Shown: one piece after another, positions 17,608 to 27,544 of the stretch | How positions within the stretch are numbered: the stretch's first letter is position 1 | How the letters are laid out: the number at the start of each line of letters is the position of its first letter | NCBI GenBank assembly: GCA_041484625.1 | Contig: JBGPHY010000001.1 | Coordinates: 1-45,292 of the forward strand | Origin: Terriglobia bacterium | GTDB lineage: Bacteria > Acidobacteriota > Terriglobia > Versatilivoradales > Versatilivoraceae | Direction of reading: 5' to 3' | DNA length: 45,292 nt | The notes under the pieces: model-generated | Told to the model about the DNA's origin: nothing | The model's database searches: none | Seen by the model: the letters and a program-made list of their open reading frames with translations, nothing else | Position numbers and translations under genes: made by a program

Positions 17608-19338
17608 ATGAAACGAGCGATTGTTTTCCTGGGGACGTTGTTATTTCTTCCCGCCCTCTGGGGGCAGAACGTCCCCGTTCAAGAACATGTTTTGGATAAT
17701 GGCATGAAACTGATGATGGTCCCGCGAAAAGGAGATCCCAACATTGTGGCTGGTTGGATCGCCAAAGTGGGATCGGTCAATGAGCGGCCCGGTATCACCG
17801 GCATTTCCCACCTGTTTGAGCACATGATGTTTAAGGGAAGTCACACGATCGGGACCCACAACATCAAGGAGGATCTGAAGCTCATTGACGAGATGGATGC
17901 TCTCAAGGCTGAGATGCGAAAAGAAGAACAGGTGCTTATCGAGAAGCAGCGAATGGGCGAAATCGAAAACCCCAGCGATCCCAAGTACCGTTCTCCCCAT
18001 TACCAGGAGCTGTTGTCCCGTTACGAGGCCATGCTGAAGCAGCAAAAGGAACTGATTGTCAAAGATGAGTTTGCCCAGACCTACACGGCTGCAGGGGCCT
18101 CCGGAATGAATGCCGGCACTAGCGAAGATTTCACCGTTTATTTTGTGAACGTGCCAGCCAACAAGCTCGAGCTGTGGTTTTGGATGGAATCTGACCGCCT
18201 GGCCAATCCGGTGTTCCGCGAGTTTTATTCGGAGAGAGACGTGGTTCGCGAAGAGCGGCGTCTGCGGACCGAAAGTACGTCGATAGGTAAGTTCGAAGAA
18301 GAATTCGATACCATCTTCTGGAATTCCTCTCCCTATCTCTGGCCGGTAGTCGGTTGGCCGAGTGACGTAGAGGGAATCACTCGCGAAGAGGCTAAGGCCT
18401 ACTTCGACGTCAACTATGCCCCCAATAACATCAGCGCCTGCCTGGTGGGCGACTTCGAACCCGACCAGGCAATAGCTCTGGCCAGGAAATACTTCGGCCG
18501 GCTGAAGCATGGCCCCCGGGAACCGGAACCGGTACGTACCCGTGAGATTAAGCAGTTGGCCGAAGCGCGCATGATTGCCTATGCCGAAACGAACCCTGAA
18601 GCCGTGGTTCGCTATCACACCGTGGCGGACGGTCACAAGGATGAACCCGCCCTGATGATTCTGGCAGACCTCCTGAACGGCCGGACCGGGCGGCTTTATA
18701 AGTCCCTGGTATTGGAGCAGGCCGTTGCCAATTCCGCTTCAGCCTCCCATGAAGGCAGGAAGTACGAGGGTGTGTTTGAGATTCACGGAGTGGCCAAACC
18801 GGGAATGACTCCGGAGGAAGTGGAAAGCGCTCTCTCCAAAGAATTGGAGAAACTGAAAAACCAAACCGTCGGCGAGCGCGAACTGCAAAAGGTCAAGAAC
18901 CAGAATGCCGCAGCCGACTTTCGGCGACTCCAGTCTAACTATGCATTGATGCTGCAGCTGCTGATTCGCGACTCAGGCCGCGGCTGGCAGTTCATCAATA
19001 CCGACCCCAAACTGGTTCAAGCGGTTTTCGCAGCGGACGTCATGAGAGTGGCGAATACCTACTTCACTCCAGAAAACCGGACTGTCGCAATTTATTACAC
19101 CAAGAAGTCGGGAGGAGGAGAGGCGGATCCATTGCTCCAGGACCTGGACGATCAGGAGAAACAAAGGGTCCAACAGATGAAAGCCCAGGTGGGAAGCATG
19201 AGTAAAGAACAGGTGCAGCAGGCCCTGCAGCAGATCGAGCAACAGGCCAGCCAGGTCCCCGCGGACAAGCGGAAACTCTTCCAGGCGATGAGAAGGATAT
19301 TGGAAACGAGACTCCAGCCCTCGGAGGGAGGGAAATAA
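17608..19338 (+). CDS. secreted M16 (pitrilysin/insulinase) family zinc peptidase, catalytic subunit
   Basis: Signal peptide, inverted zinc motif HLFEHMMFKGS (HxxEH), and downstream ERDVVREERR. Confidence 0.9.
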   Translation: MKRAIVFLGTLLFLPALWGQNVPVQEHVLDNGMKLMMVPRKGDPNIVAGWIAKVGSVNERPGITGISHLFEHMMFKGSHTIGTHNIKEDLKLIDEMDALKAEMRKEEQVLIEKQRMGEIENPSDPKYRSPHYQELLSRYEAMLKQQKELIVKDEFAQTYTAAGASGMNAGTSEDFTVYFVNVPANKLELWFWMESDRLANPVFREFYSERDVVREERRLRTESTSIGKFEEEFDTIFWNSSPYLWPVVGWPSDVEGITREEAKAYFDVNYAPNNISACLVGDFEPDQAIALARKYFGRLKHGPREPEPVRTREIKQLAEARMIAYAETNPEAVVRYHTVADGHKDEPALMILADLLNGRTGRLYKSLVLEQAVANSASASHEGRKYEGVFEIHGVAKPGMTPEEVESALSKELEKLKNQTVGERELQKVKNQNAAADFRRLQSNYALMLQLLIRDSGRGWQFINTDPKLVQAVFAADVMRVANTYFTPENRTVAIYYTKKSGGGEADPLLQDLDDQEKQRVQQMKAQVGSMSKEQVQQALQQIEQQASQVPADKRKLFQAMRRILETRLQPSEGGK

Positions 19339-19340
19339 CC

Positions 19341-20861
19341 ATGATCCATTTCACATGCCGTCACATTTCAACCCTGCTGATCCTGGTCGGACTGATCCTG
19401 CCTCCAGTGGTGAGCCACGGACAGTCCGTCCTGAGTCCGGAGATTCCCGCTCATCCGCGAGAATTGAAATATCCCGAACTGAAATACAATCCACCGAAGA
19501 AGGACCAATATCGCCACGTCCTGTCGAACGGCGTGGTGGCAATTCTGGCGGAAGACCATGATCTACCGCTGGTCAATGTCTCTGTGCTGGTCCGGACCGG
19601 CAGCTACCTTCAACCCAAGGGCAAGGAGGGATTGGCCAGCATGACGGGAAGCCAGATGCGCGCGGGAGGAACATCCCGCATGAGCGCCGAGCAGTTTGAC
19701 GAAGAGGCCGCTTTCCTGGCTGCCGAGATTAGCAGCGGGATTGGAGACACCCAGGGGACTGCCAACCTCAATTGCCTCTCCAAAGACCTGGACCGGGGAT
19801 TGGACCTGTTTTTCGATATGCTCAAAAACCCGGGATTCCAGCAGGACCGGATCAACCTGTACAAGAGCCAAGCACTCCAGGGGATGGAGCGGCGGAATGA
19901 CGATACAGCCTCCATTCAATCCAGGGAATGGACCCGCCTCGTGCGCGGGGACTCCCATTTCACCACGGCCTGGAGTACCAAGGCCTCCATTGAGTCTATT
20001 ACCCGTGAAGACCTGGTGGCTTTCCACCAGAAGTATTACCACCCGGGGAACTTCATCCTTTCCGTGTCCGGAGATTTCAATTCCAAAGAAATGCTCACCA
20101 AACTGGAAAAACCCCTGGCTGGCTGGCCGGAGTCTAAAGAGAAGGTCCCGCCAGTACCCAAACCTCTCCAGGTTTTGGTGCCGGGGGTTTACGTGATTAA
20201 CAAGCCCGATGTGAACCAGGGGCGCGTCTCCATGGGACACCTGGGAACGATGCGCGACCACCCGGATTTCTATGCGCTCAGCCTCATGAACGACATTCTG
20301 GGAGGCTCCAACTTTGCCTCGCGCCTGATGACGCGAGTTCGCTCGGACGAGGGGTTGGCCTACGATGTTGGTTCCGACTTTGGCTTCGGCGTTTACTACG
20401 ACGGGGTCTTTCAGGCGGCCTACCAGTCCAAGAGCGCCACGGTCGCCCAGGCCGCCGCGATTGTCAAGGAAGAGGTCGAGAAACTGCGCAGCCAGAAGGT
20501 GAAACCTGATGAATTGGAGAGTGCCATCACCTACCGGGTCGAGGTCTTCCCGCGCTATTTCGCAACGGCACCAGCCATTGCAGGAACCTTTGCCAATGAC
20601 GAATACACCCACCGGCCAGCCGGGTTCTGGGAGTCTTATCGCGAACGCATTCGGGCCGTGACTGCCGATGACGTTTTGCGTGTCGCTCAGAAGTACCTTC
20701 ACCCCGACCAGTTGCTGGTCCTAGCGGTGGGGAATGTCGATGACATGTTGAAGGGCAGCCCGGACAAGCCTGAATACGCGCTGAAGAAACTCGCCAAGAA
20801 TGGTGAAGTCCAGCGAATCCCGCTACCTGACCCTCTGACGATGGTCTACCCGAAACAATAG
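19341..20861 (+). CDS. secreted M16 family peptidase homologue lacking HxxEH (non-catalytic partner)
   Basis: M16 fold pattern (LVNVSVLVRTGS..., LMNDILGG...SRL...VR...GLAYDV) but no HxxEH. Starts 2 nt after the previous stop, with GGAGGGAGG upstream. Confidence 0.85.
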   Translation: MIHFTCRHISTLLILVGLILPPVVSHGQSVLSPEIPAHPRELKYPELKYNPPKKDQYRHVLSNGVVAILAEDHDLPLVNVSVLVRTGSYLQPKGKEGLASMTGSQMRAGGTSRMSAEQFDEEAAFLAAEISSGIGDTQGTANLNCLSKDLDRGLDLFFDMLKNPGFQQDRINLYKSQALQGMERRNDDTASIQSREWTRLVRGDSHFTTAWSTKASIESITREDLVAFHQKYYHPGNFILSVSGDFNSKEMLTKLEKPLAGWPESKEKVPPVPKPLQVLVPGVYVINKPDVNQGRVSMGHLGTMRDHPDFYALSLMNDILGGSNFASRLMTRVRSDEGLAYDVGSDFGFGVYYDGVFQAAYQSKSATVAQAAAIVKEEVEKLRSQKVKPDELESAITYRVEVFPRYFATAPAIAGTFANDEYTHRPAGFWESYRERIRAVTADDVLRVAQKYLHPDQLLVLAVGNVDDMLKGSPDKPEYALKKLAKNGEVQRIPLPDPLTMVYPKQ

Positions 20862-20892
20862 AAACGCGGCGGAGTTTCAAGAGACTTCAACC

Positions 20893-22776
20893 ATGGGACG
20901 ACTCCAAACACTTGCACCGTTGCGACCCTATCTGCGGCGTTACCAGCCTCGGCTGATACTCGGGTTCATCTGTGTGGTCCTTTCCAATGCGGCTGCGGTC
21001 CTCTCTCCGCTGGTTCTCAAGTTCGCAGTGGACAGCCTGAAACAGCCTGTTCAACGGGATCGCCTCCTGCTCTACAGTCTGCTGATCGTGGGGTTTGCCA
21101 TTCTGGAGGGGCTTTTCCTGTTCCTGATGCGGAAGATTCTGATTGGGATCTCCCGCTACATGGAATATGACATGCGAAACGATCTGTTTGCCCATTTATT
21201 GGGGCTCTCGCGCCGCTACTACCAGCAAAACAGGACGGGCGATATCATGTCCCGCGCCACCAACGACATGAATGCCGTCCGAATGCTGCTGGGCCCCGGC
21301 ATCATGTACTCGGCCAATACAGTCGTGCGAATGATTGTTGTCCTTTTCCTGATGCTACGTATCAGCCTGGTACTCACAGGCTTCGCTCTGGTTACCATCC
21401 CCACGGTCTCTCTGGCGGTGAAGTACTTCGGTTCGTTAATTCACAAACGGTTCGAGAAGGTCCAGGAGGCCTTTTCCGAGATCAGTGCCAGGGCTCAGGA
21501 GAATCTGGCCGGAGTTCGCGTCATTCGCGCCTTTACCCAGGAGTCCAGTGAAATCGAGCAGTTCCGGCGTCTCAACCAGGACTACGTCCAGAAAAACCTT
21601 CAGCTGATTCGAATTTGGGGAACCTTCTATCCGCTGCTCGGGGCCCTGCTGGGAGCAGGGGGGGTCTTCATTTTGTGGCTGGGGGGCCGGCAGGTCATGG
21701 CCGGGCAGATCACGCTGGGTGATTTTGTCGCCTTCAATGCCTACCTGGGAATGTTGACCTGGCCGATGATCGCCTTGGGCTGGGTGATTAACATCATGGA
21801 GCGGGGGATGGCCTCGATGGGACGAATCAGCCGGATCCTGGACGCCCCCGCAGAGGTCATTGACAATTCCGTAAGAGTCTCACCTCAGACTCTGCTTGCG
21901 GCTGAAACTCCGGAAGAGGGGGCTCTGCTCAGGCAACCACGCGACCTGGATCGAGTGTCGCCTGCAGTCGGAGAGATTCGGGACTGGGGCAAGGCATTAT
22001 CACAGAAGCAACCTGAACCCCCTCAGGTAGTCTTCGGTGAAATCGAGTTTGACCATGTCTCTTTTGCCTACAACGGCACGCCCGTCCTGCGGGATATCGA
22101 TTTGAGAATCCCACAGGGCGCAACCTATGCGATTGTCGGGGAGACGGGCTCGGGCAAGAGTACCCTGATCAACCTGCTGGGAAGGCTCTATGACCTGAAC
22201 CAGGGAGAAATCCGCATCGACGGCATCCCCATCCAACGGTACCACCTTCAGACCTTAAGGCGCAGCATCGGCTATGTTCCCCAGGAGACTTTCCTGTTTA
22301 GTCAAACGATCCGAGAGAATATCGCGTTCGGAATCGAAGAGGGGCGAGAAGAAGAGATTGGCGAAGCCGCCCGGCTGGCCCATATCCTGCCAGATATCGA
22401 AGAGTTTCCCAGGAAATTCGAAACCTTTATTGGAGAGCGGGGGATTACCCTCTCCGGTGGACAGCAACAGAGAACGGCCATTGCCCGTGCCCTGATCCGC
22501 AATCCTCGCATCCTGATTCTGGATGATGCCCTCTCCAGTGTTGACACATACACGGAAGAGAAAATCCTGTCGGCCCTGAAGGATATTATGCGCGACCGGA
22601 CCTCGATCCTCATCAGCCATCGGGTCTCCACCGTGAGATTTGCCGACCAGATCATCGTGCTCAATGGCGGGCAGATTGTGGAACGCGGTACCCACGATGA
22701 GCTCTTGGGGCTGACCGGATATTACGCCGACCTGTATCAAAAGCAGTTGTTGGAAGAAGAACTGGCAGAAAGCTGA
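20893..22776 (+). CDS. ABC exporter half-transporter (TMD-NBD) with degenerate catalytic site
   Basis: Six-TM exporter domain. Walker A GETGSGKST, signature LSGGQQQR. Walker B ILILDDALS has Asp in place of the catalytic Glu. There is an extra acidic/Pro-rich linker before the NBD. Confidence 0.9.
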   Translation: MGRLQTLAPLRPYLRRYQPRLILGFICVVLSNAAAVLSPLVLKFAVDSLKQPVQRDRLLLYSLLIVGFAILEGLFLFLMRKILIGISRYMEYDMRNDLFAHLLGLSRRYYQQNRTGDIMSRATNDMNAVRMLLGPGIMYSANTVVRMIVVLFLMLRISLVLTGFALVTIPTVSLAVKYFGSLIHKRFEKVQEAFSEISARAQENLAGVRVIRAFTQESSEIEQFRRLNQDYVQKNLQLIRIWGTFYPLLGALLGAGGVFILWLGGRQVMAGQITLGDFVAFNAYLGMLTWPMIALGWVINIMERGMASMGRISRILDAPAEVIDNSVRVSPQTLLAAETPEEGALLRQPRDLDRVSPAVGEIRDWGKALSQKQPEPPQVVFGEIEFDHVSFAYNGTPVLRDIDLRIPQGATYAIVGETGSGKSTLINLLGRLYDLNQGEIRIDGIPIQRYHLQTLRRSIGYVPQETFLFSQTIRENIAFGIEEGREEEIGEAARLAHILPDIEEFPRKFETFIGERGITLSGGQQQRTAIARALIRNPRILILDDALSSVDTYTEEKILSALKDIMRDRTSILISHRVSTVRFADQIIVLNGGQIVERGTHDELLGLTGYYADLYQKQLLEEELAES

Positions 22777-22867
22777 CACGATGGAAGCAAGGAACCGGAG
22801 GGCCGATTCCCTGCCCTTTCAGAGCTCACATGTTTCTTGAGCCTTGCACCTTGCTCCTTTAAACGGT

Positions 22868-24691
22868 ATGCACCACGAAGAAGAGGCCCTTGGAAAAGCG
22901 TACGACTCGCGGCTAATGCGGCGGCTTCTGGGCTACCTCAGGCCCTACCGCTGGCAGGTACTGACAGCCCTGGTGATCATTGCCGGGGCTTCGTTGCTGC
23001 AGGTTAGCGGCCCGTACCTGACGAAGATCGGGATTGACCAGCATATTGCCCGCCATGACTATCCGGGGCTGAATCGCATTGCCCTGGTCTACCTGGCCGT
23101 CATTATTGCCGGCTTCCTCTTGGGATACGTCCAGACATTTATCATGCAGTTGACCGGGCAAAAAATCATGTTCGACCTGCGCATGCAGATCTTCTCCCAC
23201 CTGCAGGAGCTGCCCCTGTCGTTTTTTTACAAGAACCCCGTGGGACGCCTGATGACGCGCGTGACGACGGATGTGGACGTTTTGAATGAATTGTTCACTT
23301 CCGGGGTAGTGACTCTGCTGGGGGACATCCTGGTCCTGGCTGGCATCGTGGTGATCATCTGTATCGTCAACCTCAAACTGGCTCTGGTGGCCCTTTCGGT
23401 CATCCCGGTGTTGTTCCTCATTACGATGGTCTTCAAAAACAAGGCCCGGGACTCCTACCGGCGTGTCAGGACGGCCATTGCCCGCATCAACGCTTTTTTG
23501 CAGGAACACCTCACCGGCATGTCGGTGGTGCAACTGTTCAACCACGAGCAGAAGAGCTTCCGGCAATTCGATGAGATCAATCGGATCCATTTGAAAGCCA
23601 ATTTGGATTCAGTGATGGCCTACTCGGTCTTTTATCCGGCAGTGGAGATCGTCAGCGCAGTGGCCATCGCGCTGATCATCTGGTATGGCGGCGGCAAAGT
23701 CATCCAGCAGGAGCTGACTTTTGGGGCCCTGGTGGCCTTTATTCAGTACGCCGAGAAATTCTTTCGTCCCATCGCCGATCTCAGCGAGAAGTACAACATC
23801 CTGCAGTCGGCCATGGCCAGTTCAGAAAGGATCTTCAAACTACTGGACACGCCGATCGACATCCGGTCCCCGCAAACCCCGGTCGGGCTGGGCGCGGTCC
23901 GTGGAGAGGTCGAGTTCCGCAACGTCTGGTTTGCGTACAACCGCCTGAGTTCGAATCTTCCTTCCGGCAATACGGAGACCGAGTGGGATTGGGTGCTGAA
24001 AGACGTTTCCTTCAGAGTAAAACCCGGGAAATCGGTGGCTATTGTCGGACACACTGGGGCGGGAAAGACCACTTTGACGAGCCTCCTCATGCGGTTCTAT
24101 GATGTCCAGAAGGGACAGATCCTGCTGGACGGACATGACATTCGAACGCTTGACTTGAAGCAACTACGCAGCGCTTTCGGGTTCGTGCTTCAGGATGTTT
24201 TTCTGTTTTCCGGAACCATCGCCAGTAACATTCGTCTCGGCACCCCGTGGATTACGGAAGAGGCAATCTTCCGGGCTGCCCGCGATGTCAACTTGGAGGG
24301 TTTCGTAGAGGATCTGCCTAACGGATACACTGAAGAGGTGAGGGAGCGGGGAAGTACCCTCTCGACCGGGCAAAAGCAACTCATAGCCTTCGCTCGGGCC
24401 CTGGCCCATGATCCCAGAAACCTGATCCTGGACGAAGCCACCTCCAGTGTTGACACCGAGACCGAACTCAAAATCCGTGAGGCGATTGCCCGCTTGATGA
24501 AAGGCCGCACTTCCATCATTGTCGCCCATCGGCTTTCCACCATACAAAACGCTGACGAGATTATACTGATGCACAAGGGGCGTGTCCGGGAAAACGGTAC
24601 TCACCAGGAATTGCTGGCCCAGCGAGGGCTCTACTATAAGCTCTATCAGCTCCAGTATAGGGACCAGGAACTGCCCCTTTCGCCGAAGTGA
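22868..24691 (+). CDS. ABC exporter half-transporter (TMD-NBD), consensus-site partner
   Basis: Walker A GHTGAGKTT, Walker B LILDEATSSVD (Glu present), deviant signature LSTGQKQL. ATG 22868 preferred over the TTG at 22844. Confidence 0.9.
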   Translation: MHHEEEALGKAYDSRLMRRLLGYLRPYRWQVLTALVIIAGASLLQVSGPYLTKIGIDQHIARHDYPGLNRIALVYLAVIIAGFLLGYVQTFIMQLTGQKIMFDLRMQIFSHLQELPLSFFYKNPVGRLMTRVTTDVDVLNELFTSGVVTLLGDILVLAGIVVIICIVNLKLALVALSVIPVLFLITMVFKNKARDSYRRVRTAIARINAFLQEHLTGMSVVQLFNHEQKSFRQFDEINRIHLKANLDSVMAYSVFYPAVEIVSAVAIALIIWYGGGKVIQQELTFGALVAFIQYAEKFFRPIADLSEKYNILQSAMASSERIFKLLDTPIDIRSPQTPVGLGAVRGEVEFRNVWFAYNRLSSNLPSGNTETEWDWVLKDVSFRVKPGKSVAIVGHTGAGKTTLTSLLMRFYDVQKGQILLDGHDIRTLDLKQLRSAFGFVLQDVFLFSGTIASNIRLGTPWITEEAIFRAARDVNLEGFVEDLPNGYTEEVRERGSTLSTGQKQLIAFARALAHDPRNLILDEATSSVDTETELKIREAIARLMKGRTSIIVAHRLSTIQNADEIILMHKGRVRENGTHQELLAQRGLYYKLYQLQYRDQELPLSPK

Positions 24692-24924
24692 TCCGCTTGT
24701 CAGATGCCGATATGGTTCATACCCTCAGGCCTCAAGCAACGGTCGAATTGTATTGATGGGGAAAACAGAAGGCAAGAAAGTGGGGTATATCAACCCGCCG
24801 ATGTTTCAACCAAGACTTCCAGGACAGAGACCCGATTTGTGCTTCCTGTTATTCCCTAATAGCGTTGACATTTCATGGTCTGCTTTGCAGCAAGAACTGC
24901 CAATTGTTCCATATTACCTCTCGA

Positions 24925-25914
24925 TCAAGGGTTCTTGCGCCTCCTCAGTAATAAGGACGAAGGAACCTCGATCAGCATGGACCGGTCCAATTCAACCGCT
25001 TCCACACGTTTGTTGTAGATCTCGATCAGGAGTAATAATTGCTCCGGCAACATGTCCCCCGAAAACCCAGCTAATTCTGCGACATTTTGGGCTACAAAGC
25101 TCTCAATGCTGCTCAATGTAAATCGCCCTAAAACCGTTGCTTCAGCTTCAGGCCTAAAAAGAGCCGTCGTCCGTTCTGGGACTAGTAGCCAAGGGGATAA
25201 GTCGTCCTGAATGTTTTGCTGGCATTTTTCAAGTACGGCGATCGTCGGGGCAACAGTGACATGAAATACCGTGTCACCAACTAAGAAATCGCCTGGCCGA
25301 TCTTGGGGTGCGTCGGCTGTGCTATAGGATTTGTTTTCGATCTGATAGCTAGGAAACCTCAACTCGAGCTTTGCTCCTACAAGGTATTGTGCCACCGGGC
25401 CCTCTTTGCCACGAGTTTTCGCTACCCTGAGGATCGCACCCACAAACTGATAAGCACTCTCGTTACTTGAGTACTTACATTCAAGAAGTTGTCGTGAATG
25501 AAACTCCTTCACCCTTTCAACTAGGAACTCTTGGAGCTCATTAAGCACGGGGATACGCTCGCTTTTTCCCAGATCTTCGAGTCGTGCTTTGCCGATAGCC
25601 TCCAACATGGCCTTCATATCACCGCGCAAACCTCGATTTGTCCTTCCTCCTTCCGCCACAAATCTTCTTGTCTCCCCAAATGCCCCGAGGATCTTTTTTA
25701 CTGCTGTTCCGCTTGCCCCTTTCACTTGGGCCCCTCCACGGGCTGTGTGGGACTCAATGTCTACGGAATACTCCTCCTTTAGACGTTCCAAAACGACCAG
25801 CGCTCCACCTACAGTTCCTTTTGCTGGGAAACTCTCATTGTAATGTTCCAGTGCATCGAACCATGCACTAAATTCGTTCAGCGCCAACTCAGCGGCTTTT
25901 GTCTTTCTCTTCAA
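24925..25914 (-). CDS. putative type II restriction endonuclease (family not identified; possibly DUF4928-like)
   Basis: 329-aa ORF whose TTG start overlaps the methyltransferase stop (TTGA). It is the last gene of a vsr-MTase-X cassette. No nuclease motif could be assigned confidently by eye (candidate acidic/Lys region ...DRPGDFLVGDTVFHVTVAP). Confidence 0.45.
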   Translation of the reverse strand: MKRKTKAAELALNEFSAWFDALEHYNESFPAKGTVGGALVVLERLKEEYSVDIESHTARGGAQVKGASGTAVKKILGAFGETRRFVAEGGRTNRGLRGDMKAMLEAIGKARLEDLGKSERIPVLNELQEFLVERVKEFHSRQLLECKYSSNESAYQFVGAILRVAKTRGKEGPVAQYLVGAKLELRFPSYQIENKSYSTADAPQDRPGDFLVGDTVFHVTVAPTIAVLEKCQQNIQDDLSPWLLVPERTTALFRPEAEATVLGRFTLSSIESFVAQNVAELAGFSGDMLPEQLLLLIEIYNKRVEAVELDRSMLIEVPSSLLLRRRKNP

Positions 25915-27116
25915 CGGGACCCCCCCGAGCCATATGCTGCAAGTCCCATGGTATCCGGCGACTCGCGCCCATCGCTCCCTTTTTCGAGCTGATGAGATAA
26001 AACATTTAGGTAATTACGCGCGATCCATTGGATTACGGGGACGCACACTGCGTCACCAAACCCGAAATAGGCTTGGTTCATGGGCACAGTAATCTTGAAT
26101 TCGTCTGCACCCATGAGTCGAGCGCACTCGTGCGGAGTCAGCAAGCGGACATGGTATGTTCCATAACCCGCCTTGAAGAGGATCTGCCTCCCGCTTCCAC
26201 CTCGAGGTGTTCTGAGACATCCAGCTAGTCCGTCGGTCCGCAACTCGGCCATTGATTTGCCCTTTCGTATCCGGCGGAAGACCGTTCCAAAAGACCATTC
26301 TCCTCGGGAAATCATCTTTTCCGCAATTTCACGGTGGCGTGTGCTCATCTGATTAAGCAAATATTCCGCACGCTCTCCGGACCACCATAGTGCCGATTCT
26401 GGATGTATATCCTCGAGTATGTCCCCCAATTGACAATTCCCTAACGGCGTCGCAGGAAGCTGGCGAAGGTTCCATTTGATGTTAGGGTGAGTGAAAATGA
26501 AGTCTGCCAACAAAGGTGGGCGTACGCTGCTCTGGTAGAATCGTTCCGCAATCATTTGAGTCTTGGCCTGCTTGACTTCAACCCCAACGACGAAAAGACG
26601 CTGCCGACTCTGCGGAAGAAAGGAGGAGGCATCCACGATGAATGCATCCACACCATAACCTAGTTTGTTTAGCGCAAGCATAGCGTCCTCAAAATCCCGT
26701 CCCCCGTGCGATGTCAGAAAACCAGTCACATTTTCGACAAGTATCAACGGAGGCCGGCGTTCTCTCATGCCCCGCAACACATTCACAAAACCCCAGAATG
26801 CAGATGAATTCCTTCCCCTCAGGCCCTCCCGTCTGCCTGCAAGAGAAAGGTCATTACAGGGAAAAGAGGCCGTAGCTAGTGTGACATTAGGTACTTTCGA
26901 AGGGTCAATTAAGTGAATATCTCCCAAAAGGAAATGCTGATCGGCGTCGGGAAAGTTCGCCCGATACATTACCTCCTTTTGGGGGTCGATATCGTTCGCG
27001 AAAACAATCTGCCAGCCCTCACGCTCCAAGCCGATTCGCATGAGACCAATGCCCGCAAAGAACTCGGCAAACATCTTCGGTGAAGATACTTCTCGTTTTT
27101 GCTGCATCAAAGCCAT
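25911..27116 (-). CDS. dcm: DNA (cytosine-5)-methyltransferase
   Basis: Motif I FAEFFAGIGLM, motif IV SFPCNDLS, motif VI ENV, motif VIII QSRQRLF, motif X GFGDAVCVPV. Start is ATG 27114-27116 or the TTG at 27125 overlapping the vsr stop. Confidence 0.92.
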   Translation of the reverse strand: MALMQQKREVSSPKMFAEFFAGIGLMRIGLEREGWQIVFANDIDPQKEVMYRANFPDADQHFLLGDIHLIDPSKVPNVTLATASFPCNDLSLAGRREGLRGRNSSAFWGFVNVLRGMRERRPPLILVENVTGFLTSHGGRDFEDAMLALNKLGYGVDAFIVDASSFLPQSRQRLFVVGVEVKQAKTQMIAERFYQSSVRPPLLADFIFTHPNIKWNLRQLPATPLGNCQLGDILEDIHPESALWWSGERAEYLLNQMSTRHREIAEKMISRGEWSFGTVFRRIRKGKSMAELRTDGLAGCLRTPRGGSGRQILFKAGYGTYHVRLLTPHECARLMGADEFKITVPMNQAYFGFGDAVCVPVIQWIARNYLNVLSHQLEKGSDGRESPDTMGLAAYGSGGSR

Positions 27117-27121
27117 TAATT

Positions 27122-27544
27122 TCAAGTGCCTTGTCGGCGGCGTTCAAGGGTATTTCTGACCCGCCTTAATACGCGCCATTCATCTCGGAGATCGTGTTCC
27201 CATAATCGCAAGACATGCCACCCTAGTCGTCGAAGTTCGCGACTGACCAAGCGGTCACGCGCTTGATTCCCACAGATCTTCCTAACCCAGTACTTGCGAT
27301 TAGTTTTGGGCATCCGCAGGTGCAAGGGGCAGCCATGCCAGAAGCATCCGTCCACAAAAACCACAACGCGCCTGTAACTAAAAGCAAAATCAGGCCTCCC
27401 TGTGAGCGCAACATGCCTCCTCCAGCCACTCAAACCATGACGGCGAAACAGCGATGCCAAGTTGATCTCGGTGTCCTTGTTACCGGTGGATTTCACCGCA
27501 GCCATTATCTTGGATCGGATATTTTTCGGAAAAATGTCAGCCAC
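27122..27544 (-). CDS. vsr: very-short-patch repair endonuclease
   Basis: MADIFPKNIRSKIMAAVKS...GRPDFAF...VVFVDGCFWHGCP...LRLWEHDL closely follows the E. coli Vsr pattern (recalled). GTG start. Confidence 0.92.
   Translation of the reverse strand: MADIFPKNIRSKIMAAVKSTGNKDTEINLASLFRRHGLSGWRRHVALTGRPDFAFSYRRVVVFVDGCFWHGCPLHLRMPKTNRKYWVRKICGNQARDRLVSRELRRLGWHVLRLWEHDLRDEWRVLRRVRNTLERRRQGT

Noticed and set aside
17641-20702. Long minus-strand ORFs (17641..18636 and 19563..20702) opposite the M16 peptidase genes
   Set aside because: The plus-strand genes have clear M16 motifs. The antisense translations are His/Gly/Val-rich with no domain signatures.
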